Shown here one piece after another: positions 39,376 to 48,814 of a stretch of DNA of 64,000 bases. Under the pieces are notes generated by a model that was not told the DNA's origin, did no database searches, and was given only the letters and a program-made list of their open reading frames with translations. A program made the translations under genes and the position numbers. Numbering within the stretch: the stretch's first letter is position 1; every line of letters begins with the position of its first letter. The stretch is from Desulfobacteraceae bacterium UBA5616 (GTDB taxonomy: Bacteria > Desulfobacterota > Desulfobacteria > Desulfobacterales > UBA5616), in the NCBI GenBank assembly GCA_002423615.1, contig DIKO01000105.1, positions 507 through 64,506 on the forward strand, read 5' to 3'.

Positions 39376-40554
39376 ATGGCATTTTTTTTCGCCATGGGAA
39401 GCCAGGGAATTGTCAGGGCCTGGCTGGCCTTTAACCTTACCCGGAGCGAACTCGCCCTGGGAACGGTGATGGTGGCCATGGCCGTTCCCATGTTTTTTAT
39501 TGCGCCTGTCGGGGGCGTCATATCGGACCGGATGGACCGGCGGAAACTGATCATCCTGGGACAGGCCCTGGTTCTGGCCAGCGAACTGACCATCACCCTC
39601 CTCCTGATTCTGGATAAGCTTTTGTTCTGGCATCTGCTCTGCGGGTCGGTGATAATGGGGTGCATTTTCCCTTTCATCATGCCGGCGCGTACCGCCATTG
39701 TGGTGAACATCGTCGGAAGGTTCGGCCTGGGAAAGGCCATGGGAATCAATATGGCGGGAATGAACGCAACGCGGATTCTGGGACCTGCTGCGGCAGGGTT
39801 TTTAATCGAAACCATCGGCGTAACCAACACCTACATTTTCGGCGCACTCCTCTACGGCATCGGAATTTTCTGCATGTTCCGCCTGGGCGATTTTCCACCG
39901 CCTGCCAAACCACAGGGAGCGACCATGGCCGGGAGCATCCTCGAAGGAATCGTTTATGTGAGGCAGCATCAACTCGTATTGGTCCTTTTGCTCTTCGGCC
40001 TGATTCCCATGTTCCTCGCCATGCCGTTTCAGAACCTCCTGGTCGTTTTCGCCGAAAAAATATGGGGGGTAGGCTCCAGAGGTCTGGGCATATTGAGCTC
40101 CGTAGGAGGGATCGGAGGGGTTATCGGATCCATCTGGGTGGCTTCCATGGGAAATAACGGGAAGCGGCTCGGGTGGATGATGTCGAGCATTGCGGCTTTC
40201 GGCTGTTTTCTCCTGGCATTTTCCTTCAGTCCCTATTTTCTGTTGTCTCTTCCCTTTATCCTGCTGGCCAATATCTTCGCCAGTGTTTTTGGAACCCTGA
40301 ACAATACGGCTATTCAGCTGGTCATACCGGATCATGTGCGGGGCCGGATATCAAGTTTTCTCATGATGTCGTTTTCCCTGCCCCTGCTGGGCACTTTGCC
40401 GGTAGCCGCTCTTGCGGAAGCCTACGGCGCTCCCCTGGCCGTAGGATCAGCGTCGGTGCTGGCCATGTCCGTAGCCTTTCTCTTCTATTTTTTCAGCACT
40501 TCCCTCCGTCAGCTGAACCGGCATATTCACCAGGCGATGAGGGAAAACAGATAG
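39376..40554 (+). CDS. MFS transporter (N-terminus unresolved)
   Basis: Protein of about 12 TM segments. The frame is open from 39247 and encodes MFS-like SPLRSPQFRWLFGSN upstream of ATG 39376, but with no in-frame start codon. Confidence 0.75.
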   Translation: MAFFFAMGSQGIVRAWLAFNLTRSELALGTVMVAMAVPMFFIAPVGGVISDRMDRRKLIILGQALVLASELTITLLLILDKLLFWHLLCGSVIMGCIFPFIMPARTAIVVNIVGRFGLGKAMGINMAGMNATRILGPAAAGFLIETIGVTNTYIFGALLYGIGIFCMFRLGDFPPPAKPQGATMAGSILEGIVYVRQHQLVLVLLLFGLIPMFLAMPFQNLLVVFAEKIWGVGSRGLGILSSVGGIGGVIGSIWVASMGNNGKRLGWMMSSIAAFGCFLLAFSFSPYFLLSLPFILLANIFASVFGTLNNTAIQLVIPDHVRGRISSFLMMSFSLPLLGTLPVAALAEAYGAPLAVGSASVLAMSVAFLFYFFSTSLRQLNRHIHQAMRENR

Positions 40555-40591
40555 CGCGGTCAACCCCTAATTACTGTGGAAGGAGAACACC

Positions 40592-41428
40592 ATGTACGAT
40601 GATCTGAAAGGAAAAGTCGCCATCATCACCGGAGCCGGTAGACCCAATGGGCTGGGTCACGGCATGTCCCTCCGATTTGCCAAGGAAGGCTGCAATGTGG
40701 TCATCACGGAAGTGGCCCGTCCCCATGTGGACCCGGAATATGGGAGAGGGTCCTGGGAAGATGCCCTCGAGAGGAAAAAGGAAATTGAAGCACTGGGCGT
40801 CAGGTGTCTGCCCGTCAAATGCGACGTTCTCGTCGAGGAAGAGGTACAGCAAATGGTGAATGCCGTTGTAAAGGAATTCGGTGGCATCGATATCCTCGTG
40901 AACAACGTCGGCGGCGGGCCACCCAGCAGCGGCGGCCCTTTGATTGAAGTCGGCGCCGCCGGCTGGGATGAAGGCATTGCCGTCAACGTCAAGGGGACCC
41001 ACCTTTGTTCCAGGGCAGTGGCGAAACAAATGATCCTTCAGGGAAAAGGCGGGAAAATCGTCAACATCGCATCACAGGCGGCCAAGCGGCCATGCCCCGG
41101 GTTGGGAGTTTACGGTGCCGCCAAGGCCGCGGTTTGTCATTACTCAAAAACCCTCGCCGTCGAGCTTGCACCCCATCGCATCAATGTCAATGCGGTGCTG
41201 CCCGGAACCATCGAGACCGATATGCTGAAGGAATCCTTCGGGAAGATGGCCCAGGACATGGGCATGACCTATGATGTTCTCATGCAGCATACCCTCCCCA
41301 CCATTCCCCTGGGGCGTCTTCAGACCCGGGAGGATGTCGCAGCTTCGGTGATATGGCTGGCTTCGGCGGAATCCGACTACATCACGGGAGAAACCATTCT
41401 CACCACCGGTGGTCAGACCATATTTTAA
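40592..41428 (+). CDS. SDR family oxidoreductase (FabG-like)
   Basis: 278 aa with TGAGRPNGLG, NNVG and the catalytic YGAAK. Confidence 0.85.
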   Translation: MYDDLKGKVAIITGAGRPNGLGHGMSLRFAKEGCNVVITEVARPHVDPEYGRGSWEDALERKKEIEALGVRCLPVKCDVLVEEEVQQMVNAVVKEFGGIDILVNNVGGGPPSSGGPLIEVGAAGWDEGIAVNVKGTHLCSRAVAKQMILQGKGGKIVNIASQAAKRPCPGLGVYGAAKAAVCHYSKTLAVELAPHRINVNAVLPGTIETDMLKESFGKMAQDMGMTYDVLMQHTLPTIPLGRLQTREDVAASVIWLASAESDYITGETILTTGGQTIF

Positions 41429-41446
41429 CCTCACGGAATCCGTTGT

Positions 41447-41483
41447 GAGCACTCCCCGCCTTCATAGGAAGCGGGGAGTGCTC
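41447..41483. terminator. 13-bp perfect hairpin between convergent genes
   Basis: GAGCACTCCCCGC, 11 nt, GCGGGGAGTGCTC. There is no U-tract on either strand, so its function as a terminator is uncertain. Confidence 0.35.
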
Positions 41484-41514
41484 CGGCGGGACGATCGCTT
41501 TTGCCTGGGCACTA

Positions 41515-41907
41515 TTATTCCCCGGCCGGAAACATTTCTTTCTTGGCATATTCGGTGATGTCTGCGGCGAAATGAATCAACATGTCCTTTTCCCCGGGAA
41601 CCGGCAACCAGTAGGAGTCCAGAACCTGTTTCATGCCGGGCACATAAAGGACCGACCGTTTACCCGCCTGATCCTTCAAGGCGGAATTTCCCAGACACCC
41701 TTCATGAATGCCCGTACTGCCGGACAATTGGAAGCATTTCATCCCGGTCATAATTCCCATGTCCTTAGCCGCCTTGTTCATGCTGACGATGGTCCGGTTT
41801 TTAAGCAGCAGAAAAACGGGAAACGGGTAATAATGCCACATCTGTTCAAAGGCCCTGATCGTCTCGGGATTGACTTCCCTGTTTTTTTTCTCTTTCTTCT
41901 CATCCAT
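41515..41907 (-). CDS. hypothetical protein (possibly PAS-like)
   Basis: 130-aa ORF. No firm motif. Confidence 0.4.
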   Translation of the reverse strand: MDEKKEKKNREVNPETIRAFEQMWHYYPFPVFLLLKNRTIVSMNKAAKDMGIMTGMKCFQLSGSTGIHEGCLGNSALKDQAGKRSVLYVPGMKQVLDSYWLPVPGEKDMLIHFAADITEYAKKEMFPAGE

Positions 41908-41957
41908 GGCTTCGCCTTTCTTTTCGATTCATTTTAGGGGAAAAAATCCTTCGCCTT

Positions 41958-43097
41958 TCAGTTCAACAGGATTTTTCCGAGCTTGCGGCGGTGAAATCCG
42001 GGGTCCCCGAAATAATCATACAGGGACCGGGAGCTCCGGGTATGAAAGGAGAGCTCGTGTTCCATGGAATAGCTCAAACCGCTGAACACCTGGTGCCCCA
42101 GGGTGCAGGCCTGCCAGTAACCTTCGCTGGCAAGGACTTTGGCCAGGTGGATGCTCTCCGGGTCAAATCCCTTCACATCCTGTTTCCACAGGGCTTCGTA
42201 GGTTGCCCAGCGGGCGGCATCCGCATGGTTGGCGATCTCGATGATCATGTCCTGGACCCGCTGGAACCGGCCGATGGGTTTTGCGAACTGCACCCTGCCC
42301 CGGCTGTACTCCAGGGCCATGTTGAGAATGGATTGACACCCCCCCACTTTGTAGGCGCAAAGCAGGGGTATGGACTTCATAATCGCCGCTTCGAGAGCCC
42401 GGCGACCATTTTCACGATTTCCCAGCAAAGCCGATCCGGGAACTTCCACGCCCTTAAACGTCACTTCAAATGTCCTTCCGGACAAAAAACCCGGAAGCCT
42501 TTTTACTGAAATCCCTCTGCTTGCAGCAGGTACGATAAAAAGTGAAACGAACTCCGACAAGGTTGCAGGGTCCTCTGTGACGGCGGCGACGATGAAATGG
42601 GTGGCGGCTGCGGCGTCCTGGACAAAGAGTTTTATCCCATCCATGACAAAGCCCGCCTCTGTTAATAATGCCCTGGTGGACAAGGTTTCGGGTTCCCAGG
42701 TGTAATCCGCCTCGATCATGGCCAGGGTGAGCACCCGTCTTCCATCCACTATGCCGGGTAAAATTTCTTCTTTTTGGGATTCATCGGCAGCCTCCAGAAC
42801 AATCCGGGTACCGAGAATACTGGATGAAAAATAGGGACCCGGCAGGGGTCCGGTACCCATGGCTTCCAGCACAACGCCTGCTGCGGTCATGGAATTCAAT
42901 GCGCCGCCGTACTGATCAGGAATCAGGATCCCCAGCCATCCCAGGTCGGCCATTTTTTTCCACATCCCTTCACTCATGCCGATGTCTGTTTCCAGCAGTT
43001 CTTCAACGACTCGTTTCGGAGCGTCTCCCCGCATAAAATCCATTGCGGAACGCCTCAGCATCTCATCAAATTTCGTATGGCTCAGGTCTAAACTCAT
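41958..43097 (-). CDS. acyl-CoA dehydrogenase family protein (non-canonical catalytic motif)
   Basis: 379 aa with ACAD-like N-, middle and C-domains. LYDYFGD occupies the place of IYEGT. Confidence 0.7.
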   Translation of the reverse strand: MSLDLSHTKFDEMLRRSAMDFMRGDAPKRVVEELLETDIGMSEGMWKKMADLGWLGILIPDQYGGALNSMTAAGVVLEAMGTGPLPGPYFSSSILGTRIVLEAADESQKEEILPGIVDGRRVLTLAMIEADYTWEPETLSTRALLTEAGFVMDGIKLFVQDAAAATHFIVAAVTEDPATLSEFVSLFIVPAASRGISVKRLPGFLSGRTFEVTFKGVEVPGSALLGNRENGRRALEAAIMKSIPLLCAYKVGGCQSILNMALEYSRGRVQFAKPIGRFQRVQDMIIEIANHADAARWATYEALWKQDVKGFDPESIHLAKVLASEGYWQACTLGHQVFSGLSYSMEHELSFHTRSSRSLYDYFGDPGFHRRKLGKILLN

Positions 43098-43143
43098 TTG
43101 CTATACCTCCACGTCTTTATGGATAGGGATGGATATCCAGTCA

Positions 43144-44367
43144 TTAACGTCCGATGCCCAGGGCCCGGGATATGCCGATCTTATACGCCTCCGGCGTTCC
43201 CCCCGGCGCAAGACATATGCCGCAGCGCTGGCCCACCTCGAAAATACCCTCGGCCAGGGCGTATTTTTCGTCCTGAGTATAGGCATAGGGTCCCAGGACC
43301 CTGGCCATGTGGGAAACAAACCGGGTCCCGAACATTTTGGAATACAGGGCCAACTGGGGCCCTCCATAGGCCGCACCTTTTCCATCTGCATTTCTCATAT
43401 TGAGCAGCCGCTCCACCTGTGAACCGATGTAGATTTCCACCACGCTGTCCGTGAGTTCGGGGTTGTTTTTCAGACGGCGGGAAATGACGGGATCGGTTTT
43501 ACAGATCTCCAGGAACTTTTCCGCCATATAATTCTTTCGGACCACACCTCCCCTGCCGCCGCCGTGCTCCACCTCAAGGGTCGCGTTGGTCACCATCCAG
43601 CCCTGCCCCTCTTTTCCGATGAGGCAGGATTCGTGAACCTTCACATCGTCGAAAAACACGGAATGCTTGACGCCCTCCACATTGGCCCCGGTAACCCCGC
43701 TTACGGCCGGAAAAGTGGAGAGGGTGAACAAATCCAGGGGCAGCACCTTGATTCCCGGCAGATCGCCTGGAATGACAAAGCTCGATAAATTCTGGTGGCG
43801 GGGCGCATCGAGATCGCTTCGGGTCAACACGTACATCTGTTCAGGCCTGGAGGGAAAAGAGCCGACAAATACCTTGTGGCCGCTGATGATGAAATAATCC
43901 TTTTCCCGGGAGGATCGAAGGGCGTTGGTCTGCTGATTGGCCGCATCCGTACCCGCTTCGGGTTCGGTGAAAAGCTGCCATGTGATGACATCGCCTTTGA
44001 ACATGGGAGGCAGCATCCGCTGTTTCTGTTCCTCGGTTCCAAAAGCGAGAATCGCGGGGGAAGCCAGTATGCCCATGTCGTAAAGCGGCGGGAGGGCCAT
44101 TTCACGGGCGGAAAGTTCCTCAACAAGGACATAGGTATATTCCGGAGTCAGACCTCCACCACCGTATTCCCTGGGATAACCCGGGTACAGCCAGCCCTTG
44201 CGGCCCAGTTTTTTCGTGAATTCCCGTCTTTTGAGCCATTGATCACCGCTCATTTTACAGACATCACGAATGGGGATGAGATCGTCCGGCAGATTTTCAT
44301 CCAGCCATTTTCTGACCTCAACAGCGAACGATTCCTGTTTTTCGGTGTAATCCAGGGAAAAATCCAT
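43144..44367 (-). CDS. acyl-CoA dehydrogenase family protein (non-canonical catalytic motif)
   Basis: The start ATG 44367 has an AAGGAGG RBS. ACAD-like fold (MDFSLDYTEKQESFAVEVRKWLDEN). APGGTPE occupies the place of IYEGTxE. Confidence 0.7.
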   Translation of the reverse strand: MDFSLDYTEKQESFAVEVRKWLDENLPDDLIPIRDVCKMSGDQWLKRREFTKKLGRKGWLYPGYPREYGGGGLTPEYTYVLVEELSAREMALPPLYDMGILASPAILAFGTEEQKQRMLPPMFKGDVITWQLFTEPEAGTDAANQQTNALRSSREKDYFIISGHKVFVGSFPSRPEQMYVLTRSDLDAPRHQNLSSFVIPGDLPGIKVLPLDLFTLSTFPAVSGVTGANVEGVKHSVFFDDVKVHESCLIGKEGQGWMVTNATLEVEHGGGRGGVVRKNYMAEKFLEICKTDPVISRRLKNNPELTDSVVEIYIGSQVERLLNMRNADGKGAAYGGPQLALYSKMFGTRFVSHMARVLGPYAYTQDEKYALAEGIFEVGQRCGICLAPGGTPEAYKIGISRALGIGR

Positions 44368-44851
44368 TTTTACAACCTCCTTGGTAAATTTTCGTGAACA
44401 ACAACGCTCGCCCTGCACAGCGTCATGGACGGGGGGAAGGCCGGGGTTTCAAGGAATAAATCCTCATTTCAAAAAACCTGTCTAAAACCCTATGCATCTT
44501 GATTATTGTTCCGTGATGCTTAATGTTGTTTAAACAGTGAATTACAAAAAAGGCACGAGATCCGTGAACGATAACAAGATACATAAAGGGGTATGAAAAT
44601 GAATGCAATACCTTTGAGAGATATTACCGGAAAATGCGAGGGTGAATGCAGGGACCTCGTTCGCGAAGGCGAGGAAAGACGACAAAAGGAAATCGAAGCT
44701 TCCGGGGTGGAAACCATTGAATATGTCATGCCCGTTCCCTGGGCTTTTACCCGGAATGAACCACCGGGTGTTTTTGGAGGCCACATGTAACCCATCATAA
44801 TTTTATGGAAATAAAAGCAGCTTTCAGGGTTCCCTCCTGAAGGCAAATTAA

Positions 44852-44884
44852 ATCAAGGCGCTTATCAGGTTTAAGCGCCTTGAT
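44852..44884 (-). terminator. rho-independent terminator of the kinase operon
   Basis: ATCAAGGCGCTTA, 7 nt, TAAGCGCCTTGAT forms a 13-bp stem. On the minus strand it is followed by TTTAATTT. Confidence 0.6.
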
Positions 44885-44953
44885 GTATTTCCTGTTCGAG
44901 ACCGCGGCGGTCATCTTCAACCACGGGCATCGTGAAAATTTCGTTTTTTTCAG

Positions 44954-46702
44954 TCATCGTGGATTCATCCCGGAAGGCAGTGTCACAATAAAGGTTGAAC
45001 CTTTGCCCGGCTCGCTTCTCACCCGGATATTCCCGCCATGCCGTTCGACGATCTTACTGCAAATCGCAAGGCCGATACCCACCCCTTCATACTCGCTTCT
45101 TCCATGAAGTCTCCGGAATGGCATGAAAATCTCGTCAGCATATTTCTCGTCTATTCCGATACCGTTGTCTTCTATGCAGATCTCATAATCCGCCCCTTTT
45201 TCCGTTCCATCCTTCTGTGCATATATCTTCACCCTGGGCGGTTCCCCTTTTCTCTGGTATTTCAGCGCATTTGCGATCAAATTCTGAAAAAGCTGCAAAA
45301 TTTGAGTTTCGTCCGCCATTATCGTGGGAAGTCGGTTAATTTCCACTTTCGCATTTTTTTCCTCAACCAGGATCTCAAGGTTCAACAAGGCCTCTTTAAC
45401 GCATTGATTAAGATCTGTTTCAGTCATCGGCTCGACCTTTGAGGTCACACGGGAATATGTCAGCAGGGTATCCAGGAGATTTTTCATTCTTGTTGCGGCG
45501 TCCTGCATACGTCTTATGTAATCCCTGGAAACATTGTCCAGTGTAACTTTGGAACGGTTTAGGAGCATCTCACCGAAGATCTGGACCTTCCTCAAGGGTT
45601 CCTGGAGATCATGCGAGGCGATATAGGTGAAGTTCTGAAGTTCCCTGTTCATGGCCTCTAATTCGGACGTTCTCTCTTCAACCCGTAGCTCCAGTTCGAG
45701 ATGGCTTTTACGCAAGGCCTCCTCCGATTCCTTCCGTTCCGTAATATCCGAGACGGTACCGAAGAGGCTCACGACACGCTTATTCTCCCCCTCCCCCTGG
45801 GTCGAGGCTATCCCATAGGCCTCGATCCATCGAATCATTTCGTCCTTTCGCTTTATGCGATACTCCACGGCAAAGGGCTGCGGGTCTGATGGGATCAGCG
45901 CAGCGTTTACTTTTGCCAGGAACTGGGGCAGGTCTTCCGGGTGAATGATCCGGGTCAGCGTTTCGTCACCGGGGTGACTGTATCCCCATACCCCGAAAAT
46001 CGCCCTGTAGTGATCATCCCAGAAGAGGATACGCGAAACGGGGTCATATTGCCACCAACCCATTTTCGCTGCGTCCAGCGCGAGCTGGCGCTGTTCCCGT
46101 TGTTTCTTCAGGTCTTCCTGAATTTTAAGGATACGCCTGCCGGAAAGGAAAAAAATGGCCCCATTTACGAGGATTAGAGCGCCAATCAAAGAAAGTGTCG
46201 TCAGGTCGGCCTTTTCCTGCTTCTCGACCATACGGGACTGGCTGATTTCTTTGAGCTGCTGGGTATCGTCTGAGATTAATTGCGTTTTCATACGGAGTTG
46301 GGAGATAAGCACATTGAACCGTTCGACTTCTATCCGACTACCCGGCTTAAGATTGGCTGAAATCACCTTTTCCAGATAGTATCCGAGTTCCCGGGAGTTT
46401 TGTCTGATCTGACGGATCAGGGATTCTTCACGAAGATCAATAAATGGCATCGCCAGGAGGAGATTCTCCAGAGAAGCCTTAATTTCCCTGATCTGGCGAA
46501 TCCGGCTTGGATTTTGCCCGTTCCACAACCTCCCTGTCAGCAAATTCAGAGCATAGGTCTTGTCTTTTATTTTATCGTAAACTTGGTGGGCTTCGGTTTC
46601 AACTTCCATGCTTCGAAGGTTCGAAAAGACAAAAAAGACGATAAGGAAAGAAATCGCAAGAGATGCACCTATACTTAACAAGATTCGTCTTTGGATTCCC
46701 AT
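44954..46702 (-). CDS. PAS-domain sensor histidine kinase
   Basis: 582 aa with two TM segments, a PAS domain, H-box ASHDLQEPLR and HATPase boxes (IEDNGIGI, GVGIGLAI). Confidence 0.85.
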   Translation of the reverse strand: MGIQRRILLSIGASLAISFLIVFFVFSNLRSMEVETEAHQVYDKIKDKTYALNLLTGRLWNGQNPSRIRQIREIKASLENLLLAMPFIDLREESLIRQIRQNSRELGYYLEKVISANLKPGSRIEVERFNVLISQLRMKTQLISDDTQQLKEISQSRMVEKQEKADLTTLSLIGALILVNGAIFFLSGRRILKIQEDLKKQREQRQLALDAAKMGWWQYDPVSRILFWDDHYRAIFGVWGYSHPGDETLTRIIHPEDLPQFLAKVNAALIPSDPQPFAVEYRIKRKDEMIRWIEAYGIASTQGEGENKRVVSLFGTVSDITERKESEEALRKSHLELELRVEERTSELEAMNRELQNFTYIASHDLQEPLRKVQIFGEMLLNRSKVTLDNVSRDYIRRMQDAATRMKNLLDTLLTYSRVTSKVEPMTETDLNQCVKEALLNLEILVEEKNAKVEINRLPTIMADETQILQLFQNLIANALKYQRKGEPPRVKIYAQKDGTEKGADYEICIEDNGIGIDEKYADEIFMPFRRLHGRSEYEGVGIGLAICSKIVERHGGNIRVRSEPGKGSTFIVTLPSGMNPR

Positions 46703-46708
46703 GTGAGC

Positions 46709-47713
46709 TTACCTGAAAATTGTGACGGATCTCGGGGATACCTCATCTAAGACCCCGGTATGGAGATAGTCTAAAATATCGGGAGGCGTTCCGCCATTAC
46801 CTTTTTTGTTGATCATCCATTCGGTATAATTCTGAAGAGAAGTGACGATGGATTGATTGAAGGACACCTGCAATCTGGTTCGATGCCAGGTTTCTCTTAT
46901 AAATTCAGGATCGAAATCCCATTTACGAGCGATGACGCTCTTTGCTTCTTCTGAGTTGACCAGGGCAAAGCCTTCCGACTTTAAAAGAGCTCTTAAAAGC
47001 CGTTTCAATACCTCCGGTGAGCGGAAGAGACTTTCCTTGGCAGCCAGTAACCAATGGTAAGAAAGGTTATTCTGACTTTCCCAGAACACGGCATTTTCCT
47101 TCATTCGCTTCTTCGCCTCCGAGCCGAAAATTTCAAAGGCAGACACCGCATCCACATCCCCTTCTAAGATCGCCTGAAGGAGTTGGTCCGGAGGAATATC
47201 CACGGCGGTGATATCCTTAAGCAGAATGCCCTCTGATATAAGAAATGCGTAAAGAAAATAGTCGCTGGTCGTTTGGGAGCTGAAACCTATCCTTTTACCC
47301 CTGAGATCGGAAGGTTTTTGAATGCCCCTGTCCTTCCTGGCCACGATCTGGTTGCCTACGTTGGTACCTATCGAAGCCAGAATACGGATGGAAGGTTCCG
47401 TAAAGATTTTGGCGGCAAATGCAATATCCGCCACTGTGGCCACCTGAGCCTCTCCCCTGCACATTGCTTCGAGAGCTTCCCGCCCGGAGGCATAAAGAGA
47501 TATCGAAACATCCAGGCCCGCCTCCTTGAAATAACCTTTTTCATCGGCTATGGCGATGAGTCCCGAGTAAGTCGCGGGGGAAACGGCCAGGGAAATTTTC
47601 AGGGGGGGACCAGCGGGTTTTTCTTCGACACCGGGTTGACATCCCCATGAAAGCAGAATTGCAAGAAACAGCAGGACGGCCGGTGGATGAATCTTAAACA
47701 GAAATCTTTTCAA
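46709..47713 (-). CDS. periplasmic substrate-binding protein (NMT1/SsuA-like)
   Basis: 334 aa with a lipoprotein-type signal (LLSWGC). It lies immediately upstream of the kinase with a 6-nt gap. Confidence 0.65.
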   Translation of the reverse strand: MKRFLFKIHPPAVLLFLAILLSWGCQPGVEEKPAGPPLKISLAVSPATYSGLIAIADEKGYFKEAGLDVSISLYASGREALEAMCRGEAQVATVADIAFAAKIFTEPSIRILASIGTNVGNQIVARKDRGIQKPSDLRGKRIGFSSQTTSDYFLYAFLISEGILLKDITAVDIPPDQLLQAILEGDVDAVSAFEIFGSEAKKRMKENAVFWESQNNLSYHWLLAAKESLFRSPEVLKRLLRALLKSEGFALVNSEEAKSVIARKWDFDPEFIRETWHRTRLQVSFNQSIVTSLQNYTEWMINKKGNGGTPPDILDYLHTGVLDEVSPRSVTIFR

Positions 47714-47818
47714 CTGTGCCCCTGTTTCAAAGGATCTGAAAGGATTAACAGCGTTTCTTCCCGCTGGAAATCAGATATCCCGGCTCCCTCTAAAAATAGT
47801 GACGGAAGTCCATGGGAA

Positions 47819-48259
47819 TCATACGGCTCCGACAACTACCAGGACATCGCCTACCCGGACCGCACCGCCTGAAAGTACGCGGATGAAAATGCCCTCTTTC
47901 GGCATCACACAGTCTCCGGCCTGGTAAAATATAGCGCAGGGCGTATGGCATTCCTTGCCGATCTGGGTCACTTCGCCCAGGGCCGAGTTTCCGATCCGAA
48001 GCTTCGTGCCAATCGGCAGGCTGGGCAGATCGATGCCTTCGGTGGTCAGGTTTTCCGCGAAATCCCCGGGGCCGACATCCAGGCCCGCATCCTTCATCTT
48101 TTGGATACTCTCCATTGCCAGCAGACTCACCTGGCGGTGCCACGGGCCGGCATGGGCATCTCCCTCAAACCCATGATCCACCAGCAGCATTGCCTGGCCG
48201 ACGTTCTTCTTGCGTTGTCCCTTTCCGGCGCTCGTGCAGACCGCGACGATTTTTGCCAT
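47819..48259 (-). CDS. MOSC domain protein
   Basis: 146 aa with GFEGDAHAG...RQVSLL...GDFAENLT...C, typical of MOSC. Confidence 0.8.
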   Translation of the reverse strand: MAKIVAVCTSAGKGQRKKNVGQAMLLVDHGFEGDAHAGPWHRQVSLLAMESIQKMKDAGLDVGPGDFAENLTTEGIDLPSLPIGTKLRIGNSALGEVTQIGKECHTPCAIFYQAGDCVMPKEGIFIRVLSGGAVRVGDVLVVVGAV

Positions 48260-48544
48260 GTTTCCCGCCCTTCCCGAAATCCCTTATTGATCCGAATTTG
48301 CCTTTGATTTTAAAATATAGCCTGTCCTCAGAGCATATCGCAACTCTTTTTTGTTGATCTAAATTCGGGGATCATGAGGCGCCTTCATCCTGAAATACAG
48401 GATCAATGATTACGGGTAAGATAATCCGGAGATTGTGGAATTGTATCTCAGAAACCCGACTCCGACCGCCGGTGAGGTGATCTTATATCACCAGTTGCAC
48501 AAGAAAAGCGCATAACAGATGGAATCGGGGTGAAAAATGAACGT

Positions 48545-48584
48545 AGGCCTAAAAAGAAATAACCTGCCGAATAATCGGCAGGTT
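48545..48584 (-). terminator. rho-independent terminator after the tRNA
   Basis: AACCTGCCGA-ATAA-TCGGCAGGTT is a perfect 10-bp stem. On the minus strand it is followed by ATTTCTTTTT. Confidence 0.75.
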
Positions 48585-48594
48585 ATATGCCAGA

Positions 48595-48681
48595 TGGTGC
48601 CGAAGCGGGGACTCGAACCCCGATGAGCGTACACTCACTAGACCCTGAACCTAGCGCGTCTACCAGTTCCGCCACTTCGGC
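48595..48681 (-). tRNA. tRNA-Leu (anticodon CAG)
   Basis: 87 nt folded by hand: acceptor GCCGAAG/CTTCGGC, anticodon arm CTAGG-TTCAGGG-TCTAG, long variable arm, T-arm CGGGG-TTCGAGT-CCCCG, encoded CCA. Confidence 0.95.
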
Positions 48682-48814
48682 AATTGAGACAAACCATAAA
48701 AGGTATTGATTTAATCTCAAGGCTGTTTTACCTATATTTTTTTATTTACCTTGTCAAGCCAATAATGATGGTTTTATAAAAGTCCATCTATACTGAGAGT
48801 TCGGAAAAATAAAA

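Noticed and set aside
38280-39830. 192-aa and 190-aa minus-strand ORFs.
   Set aside because: They are antisense to hgcA and to the MFS gene. Calling them would break the hgcA TM domain.
44593-44790. 65-aa plus-strand ORF between the ACAD pair and the kinase operon.
   Set aside because: There is an RBS-like AAAGGGG nearby but no motif, and an antisense ORF overlaps it. I cannot support it as a gene from the sequence alone.
48260-48594. The region between the MOSC gene and tRNA-Leu, considered as a Moco riboswitch or a tRNA-linked island junction.
   Set aside because: I could not find the conserved Moco-motif strings. No integrase gene is present, and I saw no direct repeat of the tRNA 3' end anywhere.
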